A stretch of DNA of 64,000 nt from Pirellulales bacterium (GCA_044369655.1 JBILWX010000006.1:2102-66101), one strand, 5' to 3'. Shown: positions 44,492-53,319, counted from the first letter of the stretch. The notes: generated by a model not told the origin, from the letters alone. Translations and numbers: made by a program.

Positions 44492-45280
44492 TCACTTGGC
44501 GGAAACCGTGCGGCTCACCGCCACCACCTTGCCGCTGGTCTGCTTCTTGGCAGACGCATCGGGCGTGGGGGCCGGGGCAACCGCCGGCGACGAGTCGCAG
44601 GCACTGCAGGCACCGCAGGCCGGCTCAGCACCGCAGCCGGGCTCGCAGCCAGCGCTGCAGTCGGGCTCGCAGCAGCTGGTGCAGCTCTTGTGGCAACGGT
44701 TCTTCTTCGCCTGGTGGATCGCCTTCAGCAGGTCAAGGATCCGGTGAGACTTCTTGCAACGAGCAGCACCGCAGCTGGGCTCGCAGCAGCCAGCACCGGC
44801 GTCGCAGGCCGGCTCGCAGCAGCCGTTGCCGGCACCGCAAGCAGGTTCAGCGCAACCGTTGCCAGCACCGCAGGCCGGCTCGCAGCAGCCGTTGCCAGCG
44901 TCGCACGCCGGCTCGCAGCAGCTATCCGTGCAACCACGGCACTTCTTCTTGCAAGCGAACAGACCCTTCAGACCGCCGAAGAGGTCATGCTTCTTCTTCA
45001 GGCAGCCCTTCGCGGCACCGCAGCTCGGCTCGCAGCAGCCAGCACCAGCGTCGCAGGCCGGCTCGCAGCAGCCGTTCCCAGCACCGCAGGCCGGTTCCGC
45101 ACATCCATTGCCGGCCCCGCAGCCGGGTTCGCAGCATCCATTGCCGGCATCGCAGCCGGGCTCACAGCACGAGGTGCAGCCCTTGTGGCCGAGCATCTTG
45201 TCAAGAAGCTCGAAACCAAACGACTGACTACAAACGGTGACACCGAGAACCAGCGCACCGAGGAACAACATACGCTTCAT
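44492..45280 (-). CDS. Secreted cysteine-rich tandem-repeat protein (CCEPxCxAGxG units)
   Basis: The signal peptide is MKRMLFLGALVLGVTVCSQS. Then come 2 x 5 units of CCEP[AGS]C[GD]AG[NA]G separated by Lys-rich linkers, plus degenerate units. SD AAGGAG lies 10 nt upstream of ATG 45280. The track start is GTG 45310. Confidence 0.75.
   Translation of the reverse strand: MKRMLFLGALVLGVTVCSQSFGFELLDKMLGHKGCTSCCEPGCDAGNGCCEPGCGAGNGCAEPACGAGNGCCEPACDAGAGCCEPSCGAAKGCLKKKHDLFGGLKGLFACKKKCRGCTDSCCEPACDAGNGCCEPACGAGNGCAEPACGAGNGCCEPACDAGAGCCEPSCGAARCKKSHRILDLLKAIHQAKKNRCHKSCTSCCEPDCSAGCEPGCGAEPACGACSACDSSPAVAPAPTPDASAKKQTSGKVVAVSRTVSAK
44605..45172 (-). repeat. Intragenic 30-bp tandem repeat array within a roughly 200-bp duplication (approximate bounds)
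   Basis: The repeated GCTGCGAGCC(G/A)GCCTGCG..GGCAACGG units encode the CCEPxCGAGNG repeats. They also generate long spurious antisense ORFs (44690-45340 and 44754-45227). Confidence 0.7.
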
Positions 45281-45712
45281 CGAGCCACATCTCCTTTGCT
45301 TGTAGATCACGTGAGAGTCTTCGTCCCGATCGCGAGGTAGAGGTCACCCCGAGGTTGTGATCTACGAACTGTCTTGCGGCAGGCCTGTCGAGCCATTCCG
45401 TGACTCGAAGTATTTTCAGGTTGCTGCCGCCCCCTGGTTGCCCGACGGGCACAGTGATTGCCCCGGGGGACATGAGGGGCTATCGGCGGGCAGGGGAAAG
45501 CGGCTTGAGCGACACCCAAGTATTTTTCGTCACAGGACTTGTGGCGTGTTGTGCGCAAGAAATGCCACGTGTTCCAGCCATGCAATCTGTGCGGCGCAGC
45601 ACCGTACAACCCGTACAAATTCAGGCGGTTCTTCTGCGCAATCGGCAAGGTTTCACACGCGGTGACGCCGCGTGTGAGAGTGTGCGGATTGTGGTGCCGC
45701 AATCGTTCCAGC

Positions 45713-45740
45713 TTGACAGGGGCGGCACCACCGTTAGACT
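45713..45740 (+). promoter_or_regulatory. Sigma70-type promoter candidate (TTGACA-16 nt-TAGACT) for the riboswitch leader
   Basis: TTGACA is at 45713-45718 and TAGACT at 45735-45740, immediately upstream of the riboswitch. Confidence 0.5.
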
Positions 45741-45751
45741 CCGCCAACGAA

Positions 45752-45965
45752 TCTGGTGGCCCGTCGTTCGCAGCTGTGAACGGCAGGCAAACAGGGAACT
45801 CCGGTGCGATTCCGGGACGGCCCCGCCGCTGTATTTGGGCGCATTTCCCCGACAGGAAAGAGAGGCCGGCTGTTTTCAGGCCATTGCGACCGAAACGGTG
45901 CCAACCGTGCGGTGTGCGAGAAGGCATGCAGCCGGTCGAGCCCGAGAGTCAGAAGACCTACCAGC
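45752..45965 (+). promoter_or_regulatory. Cobalamin (B12) riboswitch
   Basis: The core at 45789-45833 reads AAACAGGGAACTCCGGTGCGATTCCGGGACGGCCCCGCCGCTGTA (compare E. coli btuB AAUAGGGAAUCCAGUGCGAAUCUGGAGCUGACGCGCAGCGGUAAGG). The B12 box at 45947-45962 reads AGTCAGAAGACCTACC (compare GCCCGAAGACCUGCC). Boundaries are approximate. Confidence 0.8.
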
Positions 45966-46118
45966 ATTCACGAGGAGCGCGTGCTGACCGCGAGGGCGGT
46001 TGCACGGGCACGGTCTGCGTGTGCAGGCTGTTGGATTGACTGGCAACCGGTCTGTCTGGAGTGTGCCCGGCCATTCGCTGTCGTGGGCAGCGCTGCGCCC
46101 TGGCGTCGGAGAGGCCGC

Positions 46119-47018
46119 ATGGAGGCTGTCATGCAGGTAGGCATTGGTCATCGGGGCGCTTCCCTGCGCCGGTCGGGCTTCTCGCTCGTGGAACTGCTCG
46201 TCGTGGTGTCGATCATCGGGGTGCTCGCGGGGTTGCTCCTGCCCGCAGTGCAGTCGGCACGGCAGTCGGCCCGGGGGATGACGTGCGCAGGCAACCTCCG
46301 GCAACTGGGGCTCGCCTTGCACAATTACAGCTCGGCCAACGGCGAGAAGTTCGTCTGCCAAAAGATCGACTCCCTGCAACGCTACGAAAACACGGTGGCC
46401 GGAAGCTGGACGCCGGGCGGAACGGCGGCTTTCTGGTTCGGCGAAGTCGACTACACCGCCAGCCCGCCCAAGTGCGACTTCGAGAAGGGGCCGTTGCGTC
46501 CGTTCTTCGAGTCGAACGCAGCGCTGCTCCAATGCCCCAATTTCCCCAGCAGTGCGGTCGGACAGCTCCAGTATGGCGCGGGTATCACGACGGCCTTCGG
46601 CTACAACACGCAGCTGGGGCCCGGGTCGACGTATGAATACGACGAGAACTACAGCGTCGTCCGGCACGCCCGGACGCAGGCATTTCGTCTGAAGGACATC
46701 GCCGAACCGTCCCGCACCGTCGCGTTCGCCGACACCGCCATGGTCCACTGGTCGTTGCCGTACGATCTGCGGGAGCAGTTGGGCGGGTTCGACATGCCCT
46801 CCACGGTCGATCCGGTCGCCCATTTCAGGCACGCCGGTCGGACGGCGACCGTCGTCTTCGTCGACGGGCACGTGGAATCGTACCCGTGGAAATTCCGTCG
46901 GGGGCCCTATACGAGCGACGAGCAGCAGCAGCAGATGGATTTTTACGGCATCGGCGTCATCTGCGACGGCGACCCTGCCGTCGCGGCGGATGCAGACGCG
47001 TTGTTCGATCGCCGTTGA
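46119..47018 (+). CDS. DUF1559 domain protein with type IV prepilin-like N-terminal methylation motif
   Basis: [54 protein letters not shown] is the canonical planctomycete DUF1559 N-terminus. The C-terminus [15 protein letters not shown] is of the H-X9/10-DG type. The alternative start is 46131. The track ORF start at 45804 overlaps the riboswitch and is rejected. Confidence 0.9.
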   Translation: MEAVMQVGIGHRGASLRRSGFSLVELLVVVSIIGVLAGLLLPAVQSARQSARGMTCAGNLRQLGLALHNYSSANGEKFVCQKIDSLQRYENTVAGSWTPGGTAAFWFGEVDYTASPPKCDFEKGPLRPFFESNAALLQCPNFPSSAVGQLQYGAGITTAFGYNTQLGPGSTYEYDENYSVVRHARTQAFRLKDIAEPSRTVAFADTAMVHWSLPYDLREQLGGFDMPSTVDPVAHFRHAGRTATVVFVDGHVESYPWKFRRGPYTSDEQQQQMDFYGIGVICDGDPAVAADADALFDRR

Positions 47019-47056
47019 CCGGTGGAGACGGCCGGTCGCACCCGAGGGATGAAGCA

Positions 47057-47365
47057 GTGGCGAGAGATCCGCGATTCTGGACGGCCGTGGTCGCCTTTGC
47101 GGTGGCGGCCTGGCTGATCGCGCCGCACGTCGTGGGGCGGCGGCCTCCTGCCGTGGCGGCGGATGCAACGGTGGAAATACCGTATGTCTGCGTGGAGAGC
47201 GGCGAGGTCTTCCGACTTCGGGCTTGCGAGTCGGCCCAGGTCCATCCCACGACCGGCAAGCCGACGCTGGTGCCGGCGGTCTACGATGCCAAGCGGAAGA
47301 AGTGGAAGCCGGGGCCGCCCCTCGAGATCATGCACAAGCAAGGGCTGCTCAGGCCGGCGTCGTGA
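47057..47365 (+). CDS. Small single-TM protein (102 aa), hypothetical
   Basis: It has a GTG start preceded by GAGGGA, one TM helix (FWTAVVAFAVAAWLIAP), and a roughly 70-aa domain with two Cys residues. It is probably co-transcribed with the DUF1559 gene. Confidence 0.45.
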   Translation: MARDPRFWTAVVAFAVAAWLIAPHVVGRRPPAVAADATVEIPYVCVESGEVFRLRACESAQVHPTTGKPTLVPAVYDAKRKKWKPGPPLEIMHKQGLLRPAS

Positions 47366-47400
47366 GGGCGTGTGGCCGCGGGAGGGCGCTTGGCCGGGCA

Positions 47401-47976
47401 TCAGCCGCCGACGAGGAACGGCTCCGGGGCGAGGTGCGGCACCTTCGATTGCATGGCCGCGGGCCATGTGGATCCGCACAGCAGGACCCGCAGCGTGCGG
47501 ATCACGCCGGCGTGGGTGATCCAGAGCGTCCGGCCGAGTCCGCCCGTGGCGTCGCCCGCGGCCCGCACTCTCGCTTCGAGGTCGGCCAGCGATTCGCCGC
47601 CCGGCGGTGCCGTGGTCTGCCACTGCTCCATCCAGCGCTGCAGCCGCTCGCCATCGTGCTGCTCGATCCACTGCCACGGCTTTCCCTCCCAGTCGCCCAT
47701 GGAGAGTTCGGCGATCCGCGGATCTTCGTCGTGTGCGAGGCCGAGCCGAGCGGCGAGCGGCGCGGCGATTCGTCGGCAGCGTTCCGCGGGGGAGGAGACG
47801 ATGCGCAGGATGTCGCCGGCTGCCGTCGGAGCCAGGGCGGCCCCTGTCGGCAAGCCTGCCAGGGCCTCGAGGATCGTGTCGGCGTCGGTCTGGGGCGGGT
47901 TCATCAGCGGCGGATTCCATCGGCCGTAGCAGATGCCTGCGGCGGCGACCGGGCCGTGCCGGACGGCGACGATCAT
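47401..47976 (-). CDS. cobC: Histidine-phosphatase family, alpha-ribazole phosphatase-like
   Basis: MIVAVRHGPV.. carries the RHG motif. ..ITHAGVIRTL.. follows. There is an ATGA overlap with cobS, and the gene sits in the cobT-cobS context. Confidence 0.7.
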   Translation of the reverse strand: MIVAVRHGPVAAAGICYGRWNPPLMNPPQTDADTILEALAGLPTGAALAPTAAGDILRIVSSPAERCRRIAAPLAARLGLAHDEDPRIAELSMGDWEGKPWQWIEQHDGERLQRWMEQWQTTAPPGGESLADLEARVRAAGDATGGLGRTLWITHAGVIRTLRVLLCGSTWPAAMQSKVPHLAPEPFLVGG

Positions 47977-48791
47977 GCGGCGGCACTCCCGCGCACGAGG
48001 GCCACCGCCAGCAGAAACGCCACCTCGGCGCACTGCTCCGTGGCACCGAGAAAGTCGCCGGTGAGGCCACCGATCCGACGGACGAACCGCCAGCCGAGCA
48101 GCAGGGTGATCGCGGCGGCTGCGAGAATGCCGGCGGTCGACTCTCCGACCGTGATCGCACCGACGAGCAGGGCCGCGCCCAGCCCGGCGGCACACCAGGC
48201 CGTCGCCAGCCAGGCCTGCCCGTAGCCCGCCCGTGTGACGAGCTTGCTCTTCGCGGTGTCGTCCTGCGTGACGTAGGGAATCGTGGCCATCAGCCAGACT
48301 GGCGGCGTGCGGGCGAGCCCCTGCGTGAGGATGATGAGCGCCGGTACGGTGGCGGGGCTGAGTTCGCCGAGCCGGGCGAGCAGGCTGATCCGCAGCAGCA
48401 GCGTGATCAAGAGGCTGGCGGCACCGAACGCCCCGATGCGGCTGTCTTTGAGGATCTCGAACACCTTGTCGCGGTCGACGACGCCCCCGAGCGCGTCGGC
48501 GGTGTCGGCCATGCCATCCTCGTGGAAGGCGCCGGTGAGGAGCATGCCAAGCCCCGTCACGAGCGCGGCTGCCGGCACCATGCCGGCATTGGCGACGATC
48601 ACCCAGGCCGCCGCCATCGCCGCGCCGATCACAAACCCGACGAACGGAAACCAGCCCGAGGCCCACCGCCATGCATCCGGCGGGTAGGGAAAGCCGCCCA
48701 CGGGAATCCGCGTGAGGAAGAAGAAGGCGGCGCGGCAGGCTGAAACGATTGGCGGCATGGGTGGCGGCTTGGTTGCCGGCTTGGTTGGCAT
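47973..48791 (-). CDS. cobS: Adenosylcobinamide-GDP ribazoletransferase (cobalamin synthase)
   Basis: FFLTRIPVG, LLTGAFHEDGMADTADALGG, and a polytopic membrane profile. Confidence 0.9.
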   Translation of the reverse strand: MPTKPATKPPPMPPIVSACRAAFFFLTRIPVGGFPYPPDAWRWASGWFPFVGFVIGAAMAAAWVIVANAGMVPAAALVTGLGMLLTGAFHEDGMADTADALGGVVDRDKVFEILKDSRIGAFGAASLLITLLLRISLLARLGELSPATVPALIILTQGLARTPPVWLMATIPYVTQDDTAKSKLVTRAGYGQAWLATAWCAAGLGAALLVGAITVGESTAGILAAAAITLLLGWRFVRRIGGLTGDFLGATEQCAEVAFLLAVALVRGSAAA

Positions 48792-48818
48792 CAGGGCGGC
48801 TGGTGGCCGTGGTGGCGC

Positions 48819-49871
48819 TCAGCTGCGGTCCGGGACGCCTGCCTCCGTGAACGACGCCATCGCGTTGTGGGTTTCGCAGGCCAGATCCAGGAGCGGTAAC
48901 GCCGCCAGGCCCCCGGTACCTTCGCCGAGCGCCATCTCGAGTGCAAGCAGCGGTGATGCCCCGAGCCATTCAAGCAGGAGCCGGTGGCCGGGCTCGCCCC
49001 CGACGTGGGAAAAAACCACGCCGGCACGGGCGGCAGGCTCGGCCGCGATCAGGGCGGCGATCGCCGCCGTCGAGATGAAGCCATCGGCGACGACGACCAG
49101 CCGCCTGGCGAGCGCGGCGGCGGCGGCCCCCACGATTGCCGCCAGTTCGCGGCCGCCGGCGCGGCGGAGGATCTCGAGCGGCGGACTGCCGACGACGCGG
49201 GCGTGCGACTGACGGACGGCGTCGAGCTTCGTCGCGAAACAGTCGCCGGTCGCACCGGTGCCAGGTCCCGTCACGAGTTCCGGCGCCAGGTCGCAGAGGC
49301 TGCTCGTCACGGCCGCGGCCAGCGTGGAGTTGCCGATCCCCATTTCGCCGAGGATGACCGAGCGCGTCTCGGGCGGAAGGGCGGCCACGGCGTCACGGCC
49401 GGCGGCGATGGCCGCGGCAAACACCGCCGGGGTCATGGCATCCTCGGTGCGCACGTCGCCCTCCTGGGCATCCGCCACCGGCGACCGCTCGAGGGTCACG
49501 GCGTCGGCCGCCGTGAAATGCGTCGCCGATCGGCCCGCCACCACGCCGACGTCGACGACCCGCATCGGCACCCCGAGGCGCCTGGCCATGACCGAGGAGG
49601 CGGCGCCGCCGCGGATAAAGTTCCCCACCATCGCCGCCGTGACCGCCTGCGGATAAGGCGACACGCCGGCCAGCGCGATCGGATGGTCAGCGGCAAAGAT
49701 GAGCACCTGCGATGGCCGGACGGCGGGGCGTGGGGTGGCCTGCCAGGCCGCGATGTCCACGGCCAGCCGCTCGAGCCGGCCGAGGCTGCCGGGGGGCTTC
49801 GTCAGCCCGGACTGCCGCTCCGTGGCTGCCGTCCGCGACGCGTCGCATGGTGGTGGAATGGGCGAGAACAT
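48819..49871 (-). CDS. cobT: Nicotinate-nucleotide--dimethylbenzimidazole phosphoribosyltransferase
   Basis: LTKPPGSLGRLERLAVDIA, GEMGIGNSTLAAA, and the C-terminal GEGTG. The start is uncertain (49871, 49886 or 49988). Confidence 0.9.
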   Translation of the reverse strand: MFSPIPPPCDASRTAATERQSGLTKPPGSLGRLERLAVDIAAWQATPRPAVRPSQVLIFAADHPIALAGVSPYPQAVTAAMVGNFIRGGAASSVMARRLGVPMRVVDVGVVAGRSATHFTAADAVTLERSPVADAQEGDVRTEDAMTPAVFAAAIAAGRDAVAALPPETRSVILGEMGIGNSTLAAAVTSSLCDLAPELVTGPGTGATGDCFATKLDAVRQSHARVVGSPPLEILRRAGGRELAAIVGAAAAALARRLVVVADGFISTAAIAALIAAEPAARAGVVFSHVGGEPGHRLLLEWLGASPLLALEMALGEGTGGLAALPLLDLACETHNAMASFTEAGVPDRS

Positions 49872-50003
49872 ATAAACGCAAAGCATCGTGACCGAACCAC
49901 GGACATCGCGCTGACGATGGTTCATGTGGGGAGAAAACGCAAGCCCCGTGAACGCGTGTTTCCCCCTCCGGCTCTGCACGCTCCACAAGGATCATCCCTC
50001 GCC

Positions 50004-50864
50004 ATGTCGTTCCCATCCGGCCCGCCCGGCCGCGACGTCGTGCTCGACCACAACGCCCGGGCCTGGGACCGGCTGGCCGCCGGCCGCTCGGCGCTGACGC
50101 GGCCTGCGGCAGACGAGGCATTCGCCGACCCGCGCACATGGCTGGGCAGTGGCGGGCCGACGACGGGCCGCCAGTGGCTGCCCGCTCGGCTCGCCGGCCT
50201 CGAGGTGCTCTGCCTCGCCGCGGGCGGCGGCAAGCACGGCCCGCTCTACGCGGCGGCGGGAGCCCGCGTGACGGTGCTCGACCTGTCGCCGGCCATGCTC
50301 GAACTCGACCGGCAGGTGGCCCGCGAACGGCGGATCGACATGGAGATCCTCGAAGGATCGATGGACGATCTCACCATGCTGGCGGCGGGCCGTTACGACC
50401 TCGTCATCCATCCGGTCAGCAGCTGCTACGTGCCCGACGTGGGCCGCGTGTTTCACGAGGTGGCCCGGGTCACGAAGCCCGGCGGCCGCTACGTCAGCCA
50501 GCACAAGTCGCCCGCGAGTCTCCAGGCATCGGTCGAGACCGGAGCCGCCGGTCGCTACGAACTGGTGCATCCGCAGGCGAGTGGATCCCCCTTGCCGCCG
50601 CAGCCCCCGTCGCGGCTGCGGGAGGCGGGCACGCATGAATTCATCCACTCGCTCACCGCCCTGCTCGGCGGCATCTGCGCCGCCGGTTTTACGATCGAGG
50701 ATGTCTGCGAGCCCGACCACACGGCGCCGGCAGCCGCGGCGGGATCGTTCGCCCACCGCGCCGCCTTCGTGCCCCCCTATCTCCGCGTTCTGGCCCGGAG
50801 GTCGGGGGCAGGGTTCCAGGCTGCCGTTTCGATCGCCCCGGGGCCCCGTCTGCTGGTAGAGTAG
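50004..50864 (+). CDS. Class I SAM-dependent methyltransferase
   Basis: VLCLAAGGGKHGPLYAAAGARVTVLDLSPAML, YDLVIHPVS, and TKPGGRYV. The start is taken at ATG MSFPSGPP. Confidence 0.7.
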   Translation: MSFPSGPPGRDVVLDHNARAWDRLAAGRSALTRPAADEAFADPRTWLGSGGPTTGRQWLPARLAGLEVLCLAAGGGKHGPLYAAAGARVTVLDLSPAMLELDRQVARERRIDMEILEGSMDDLTMLAAGRYDLVIHPVSSCYVPDVGRVFHEVARVTKPGGRYVSQHKSPASLQASVETGAAGRYELVHPQASGSPLPPQPPSRLREAGTHEFIHSLTALLGGICAAGFTIEDVCEPDHTAPAAAAGSFAHRAAFVPPYLRVLARRSGAGFQAAVSIAPGPRLLVE

Positions 50865-50920
50865 CGGACCCTGGTCGCCTGTTCGTCAGCCCCCGACACT
50901 CCCTCGGATCACCATCCATC

Positions 50921-51208
50921 ATGATCTGCCTGAACGTGCTCCTGCTCGCCAAGGACCCGGCCGACGTGGCGACGATCCGCGACCATCTCGCCCAGGCGAT
51001 GCGGAAGAGCCGCACGGAGCCGGGCTGCCTGCGGTTCGACGTCTATCACTCCAGCGCCGAGCCGCGCCGGTTCGTGCTCGTGGAGCACTGGGCCTCGCAG
51101 GAAGCGCTCGACCAGCATCGGCTGGCAGAGGCCTATACGACGATCTACAAACCCCACGTGATGCCGCTCATCGACCGCGAAGGGCATCCGGCGACCCTGC
51201 TCGACTGA
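50921..51208 (+). CDS. Antibiotic-biosynthesis-monooxygenase (ABM) domain protein
   Basis: It is 95 aa, with EPGCLRFDVYHS..RFVLVEHWASQEALDQH, the typical YgiN/ABM pattern. Confidence 0.7.
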   Translation: MICLNVLLLAKDPADVATIRDHLAQAMRKSRTEPGCLRFDVYHSSAEPRRFVLVEHWASQEALDQHRLAEAYTTIYKPHVMPLIDREGHPATLLD

Positions 51209-51232
51209 GCCCGCTGCCTCCGGCACACCACC

Positions 51233-51829
51233 ATGATCCTGCTCATCGACAACTACGACTCGTTCACGTGGAACCTCGTCCAGCGGCTGGGGGAGGTCGC
51301 TCCCGGTGTGGCTGTCGAGGTGCATCGCAACGACGCGATCACCGGCGACGAGATCGCCGCCAAGGCCCCCAGCCACATCGTGCTCTCACCGGGGCCATGC
51401 ACGCCCGACGAGGCTGGCATCTCCTGCGAGGTGGTCCGCCGGTTCGCCGGTCGGATGCCGATCCTCGGGGTCTGCCTCGGCCACCAGTCGATCGGGCAGG
51501 TCTTCGGCGGCACGATCGTGCGGGCGCAGCGGCCGATGCACGGCAAGGTCGACAGCATCGAACATTCCGGAAAGGGACTGTTCGCGGGGCTGCCGAGTCC
51601 GATCGAGGCGACCCGCTACCACAGCCTCGTCATCGATCCCCCTACGCTGCCCCGCGACTTCGAGGTGGATGCCTGGTCGACCGCGCCCGACGGCAGCCAT
51701 GAGATCATGGCGATCCGCCACCGCTCCCTGCCCGTCTACGGCGTGCAGTTTCATCCGGAGAGTTTCCTGACACCGGCCGGGTACGAGCTTCTCCGCAGCT
51801 TTCTGAAAACCGGCACGGTGTCGGCATGA
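51233..51829 (+). CDS. Glutamine amidotransferase component II of anthranilate/aminodeoxychorismate synthase (TrpG/PabA)
   Basis: MILLIDNYDSFTWNLVQ, ILGVCLGHQ, and GVQFHPES. TrpG and PabA cannot be separated by eye. Confidence 0.85.
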   Translation: MILLIDNYDSFTWNLVQRLGEVAPGVAVEVHRNDAITGDEIAAKAPSHIVLSPGPCTPDEAGISCEVVRRFAGRMPILGVCLGHQSIGQVFGGTIVRAQRPMHGKVDSIEHSGKGLFAGLPSPIEATRYHSLVIDPPTLPRDFEVDAWSTAPDGSHEIMAIRHRSLPVYGVQFHPESFLTPAGYELLRSFLKTGTVSA

Positions 51830-53070
51830 TCGAGCTGACGGAGGCGATAGCGCTCATCGAGCGGTCGGCGGCGCCGCTGCCGCCGCGCCGCACCGCCCTG
51901 CTGGCCGCCTGTGGCCGCCTGCTCGCCGCGCCGGTCGTGTCGGACGTCGATTCGCCGCCGTGGGATCGGGCGATGATGGACGGCTTTGCCGTGCGGAGCG
52001 ACGACATCGCCGGCCACGCGGGGGAGATCGTCGAACTCGACGTGGCGGTCGATCTGGCAGCCGGCGACGTGACGACACTCGAGATCGCCCGGGGGACGTG
52101 CGGTCGGATCATGACCGGCGCGCCGATTCCGGCGGGGGCTGATGCGGTCGTGCCGGTCGAACTGGCCGTCGACGACACCTCCCGCGTGCATGCCGGCGGC
52201 AGGGTGCGGCTGCGGGACGAGCGCTTTCGTGTGGGACAGCACATCGCCAGGCAGGGGGCTGCGTTTCGGCGCGGACAGGAGGTGCTCTCCGTCGGCATGA
52301 CGCTCGGCAGCGCCGAGATCGGCCTGGCGGCCGAGGCCGGTGCCACGCACGTGTTCGTCTCGCCGCAGGTCCGCGTGGCGATCCTGTCCACCGGCAGTGA
52401 ACTGGTGCCTCCCGATGCGGTGCCCGCCTTCGGGCAGACCCGCAATTCCAACGGCCCGATGATCACCGCCGCGGTGCAACTGCTCGGGGCCGAGCCGATC
52501 CCGCTAGGCATCGCGGCCGACCGGCCGGAGGCGATTCGGGCGGCGGTGGCCCAGGGACTGGCGGCCGACGTGCTCGTGTTGTCGGGTGGTGTGTCGGCGG
52601 GCGACCTCGACCTCGTGCCGGAGATGTTCCGGCAGTGTGGCGTGGAGAAGATCTTTCACAAGGTGCGGCTCAAGCCGGGGAAGCCCGTCTGGTTTGGCAT
52701 GCTCCACCGCGAGCGGGCCGCACCGACGCTCGTCTTCGGCCTGCCGGGCAACCCGGCCAGCAGCCTCGTCTGCTTCGAGCTGTTCGCGCGGCCGGCGATC
52801 GCGATGCTCGCCGGCCGACCCCGCGAGGCATGGCATCTCCCGCGTGGCCGCGCCCGCCTCGATGCCGCGGCCAAGGCCGCGGCGGACCGGCCCGTCTATC
52901 TGCCCTGTCGGCTGGCGTCGTCCGCCGATGGTCTCGTGGCGACGCCGCTGCCCTGGTCGGGCTCGTCGGATCTGCTCGGGCTGGCGGGGGCGGCCGGCCT
53001 GATCGCGCTTCCCGCCGGCGGCCGTCGGTTCGAGGCGGGCGAAGAGGTCGAGGTCGTGTTGCGGTCGTGA
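51826..53070 (+). CDS. moeA: Molybdopterin molybdotransferase
   Basis: SPPWDRAMMDGFAVRS, RIMTGAPIP, NSNGPM, LSGGVSAGDLD and FGLPGNPAS are MoeA signatures. There is an ATGA overlap with the upstream gene. Confidence 0.85.
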   Translation: MIELTEAIALIERSAAPLPPRRTALLAACGRLLAAPVVSDVDSPPWDRAMMDGFAVRSDDIAGHAGEIVELDVAVDLAAGDVTTLEIARGTCGRIMTGAPIPAGADAVVPVELAVDDTSRVHAGGRVRLRDERFRVGQHIARQGAAFRRGQEVLSVGMTLGSAEIGLAAEAGATHVFVSPQVRVAILSTGSELVPPDAVPAFGQTRNSNGPMITAAVQLLGAEPIPLGIAADRPEAIRAAVAQGLAADVLVLSGGVSAGDLDLVPEMFRQCGVEKIFHKVRLKPGKPVWFGMLHRERAAPTLVFGLPGNPASSLVCFELFARPAIAMLAGRPREAWHLPRGRARLDAAAKAAADRPVYLPCRLASSADGLVATPLPWSGSSDLLGLAGAAGLIALPAGGRRFEAGEEVEVVLRS

Positions 53071-53074
53071 GGAA

Positions 53075-53101
53075 GAGTCCCGTCGCTTCCGCTCAGGGCT
53101 T
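53075..53101 (+). repeat. Interspersed REP-like repeat, copy 3 (GAGTCCCGTCGCTTCCGCTCAGGGCTT)
   Basis: It has one mismatch relative to copies 1 and 2, and shares the following TTTA with copy 2. It lies 5 nt after the moeA stop. Confidence 0.75.
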
Positions 53102-53319
53102 TTATGGAACCGGAATCATCCGTGAGGGGCTGCCCATGTTCCGAGAGCCGGCGTTGCTGACAAGCGCAGGCAGGATGCCGGAGCGCAGTCAGCATCGAGT
53201 GAGCGGAGGGCAGGATGCCCGAAGCGAACGTCCGGCGACGGGGCATGGGCAGCCCCGAACCGTCGCCGATACTCGCTGCCGACCACCTGCGTCGCATGGA
53301 TGCGACGCCATGTTTTTCC

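Noticed and set aside
44605-45172. Regular 30-bp repeats that could superficially suggest a CRISPR array.
   Set aside because: The repeats are contiguous with no unique spacers. They lie in one long ORF with a signal peptide and encode a Cys-rich decapeptide unit. No cas genes are nearby.
45804-46118. The upstream extension of the DUF1559 ORF (track start 45804).
   Set aside because: It overlaps the riboswitch. DUF1559 proteins begin a few residues before the [10 protein letters not shown] prepilin motif, and SD-like GGAGAGG precedes ATG 46119.
49872-50003. A possible second cobalamin riboswitch upstream of cobT on the minus strand.
   Set aside because: The spacer is only about 130 nt. Its reverse complement lacks the GGGAA..GGTG..AATCC core and a B12 box. 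Only a weak G-rich hairpin is present.
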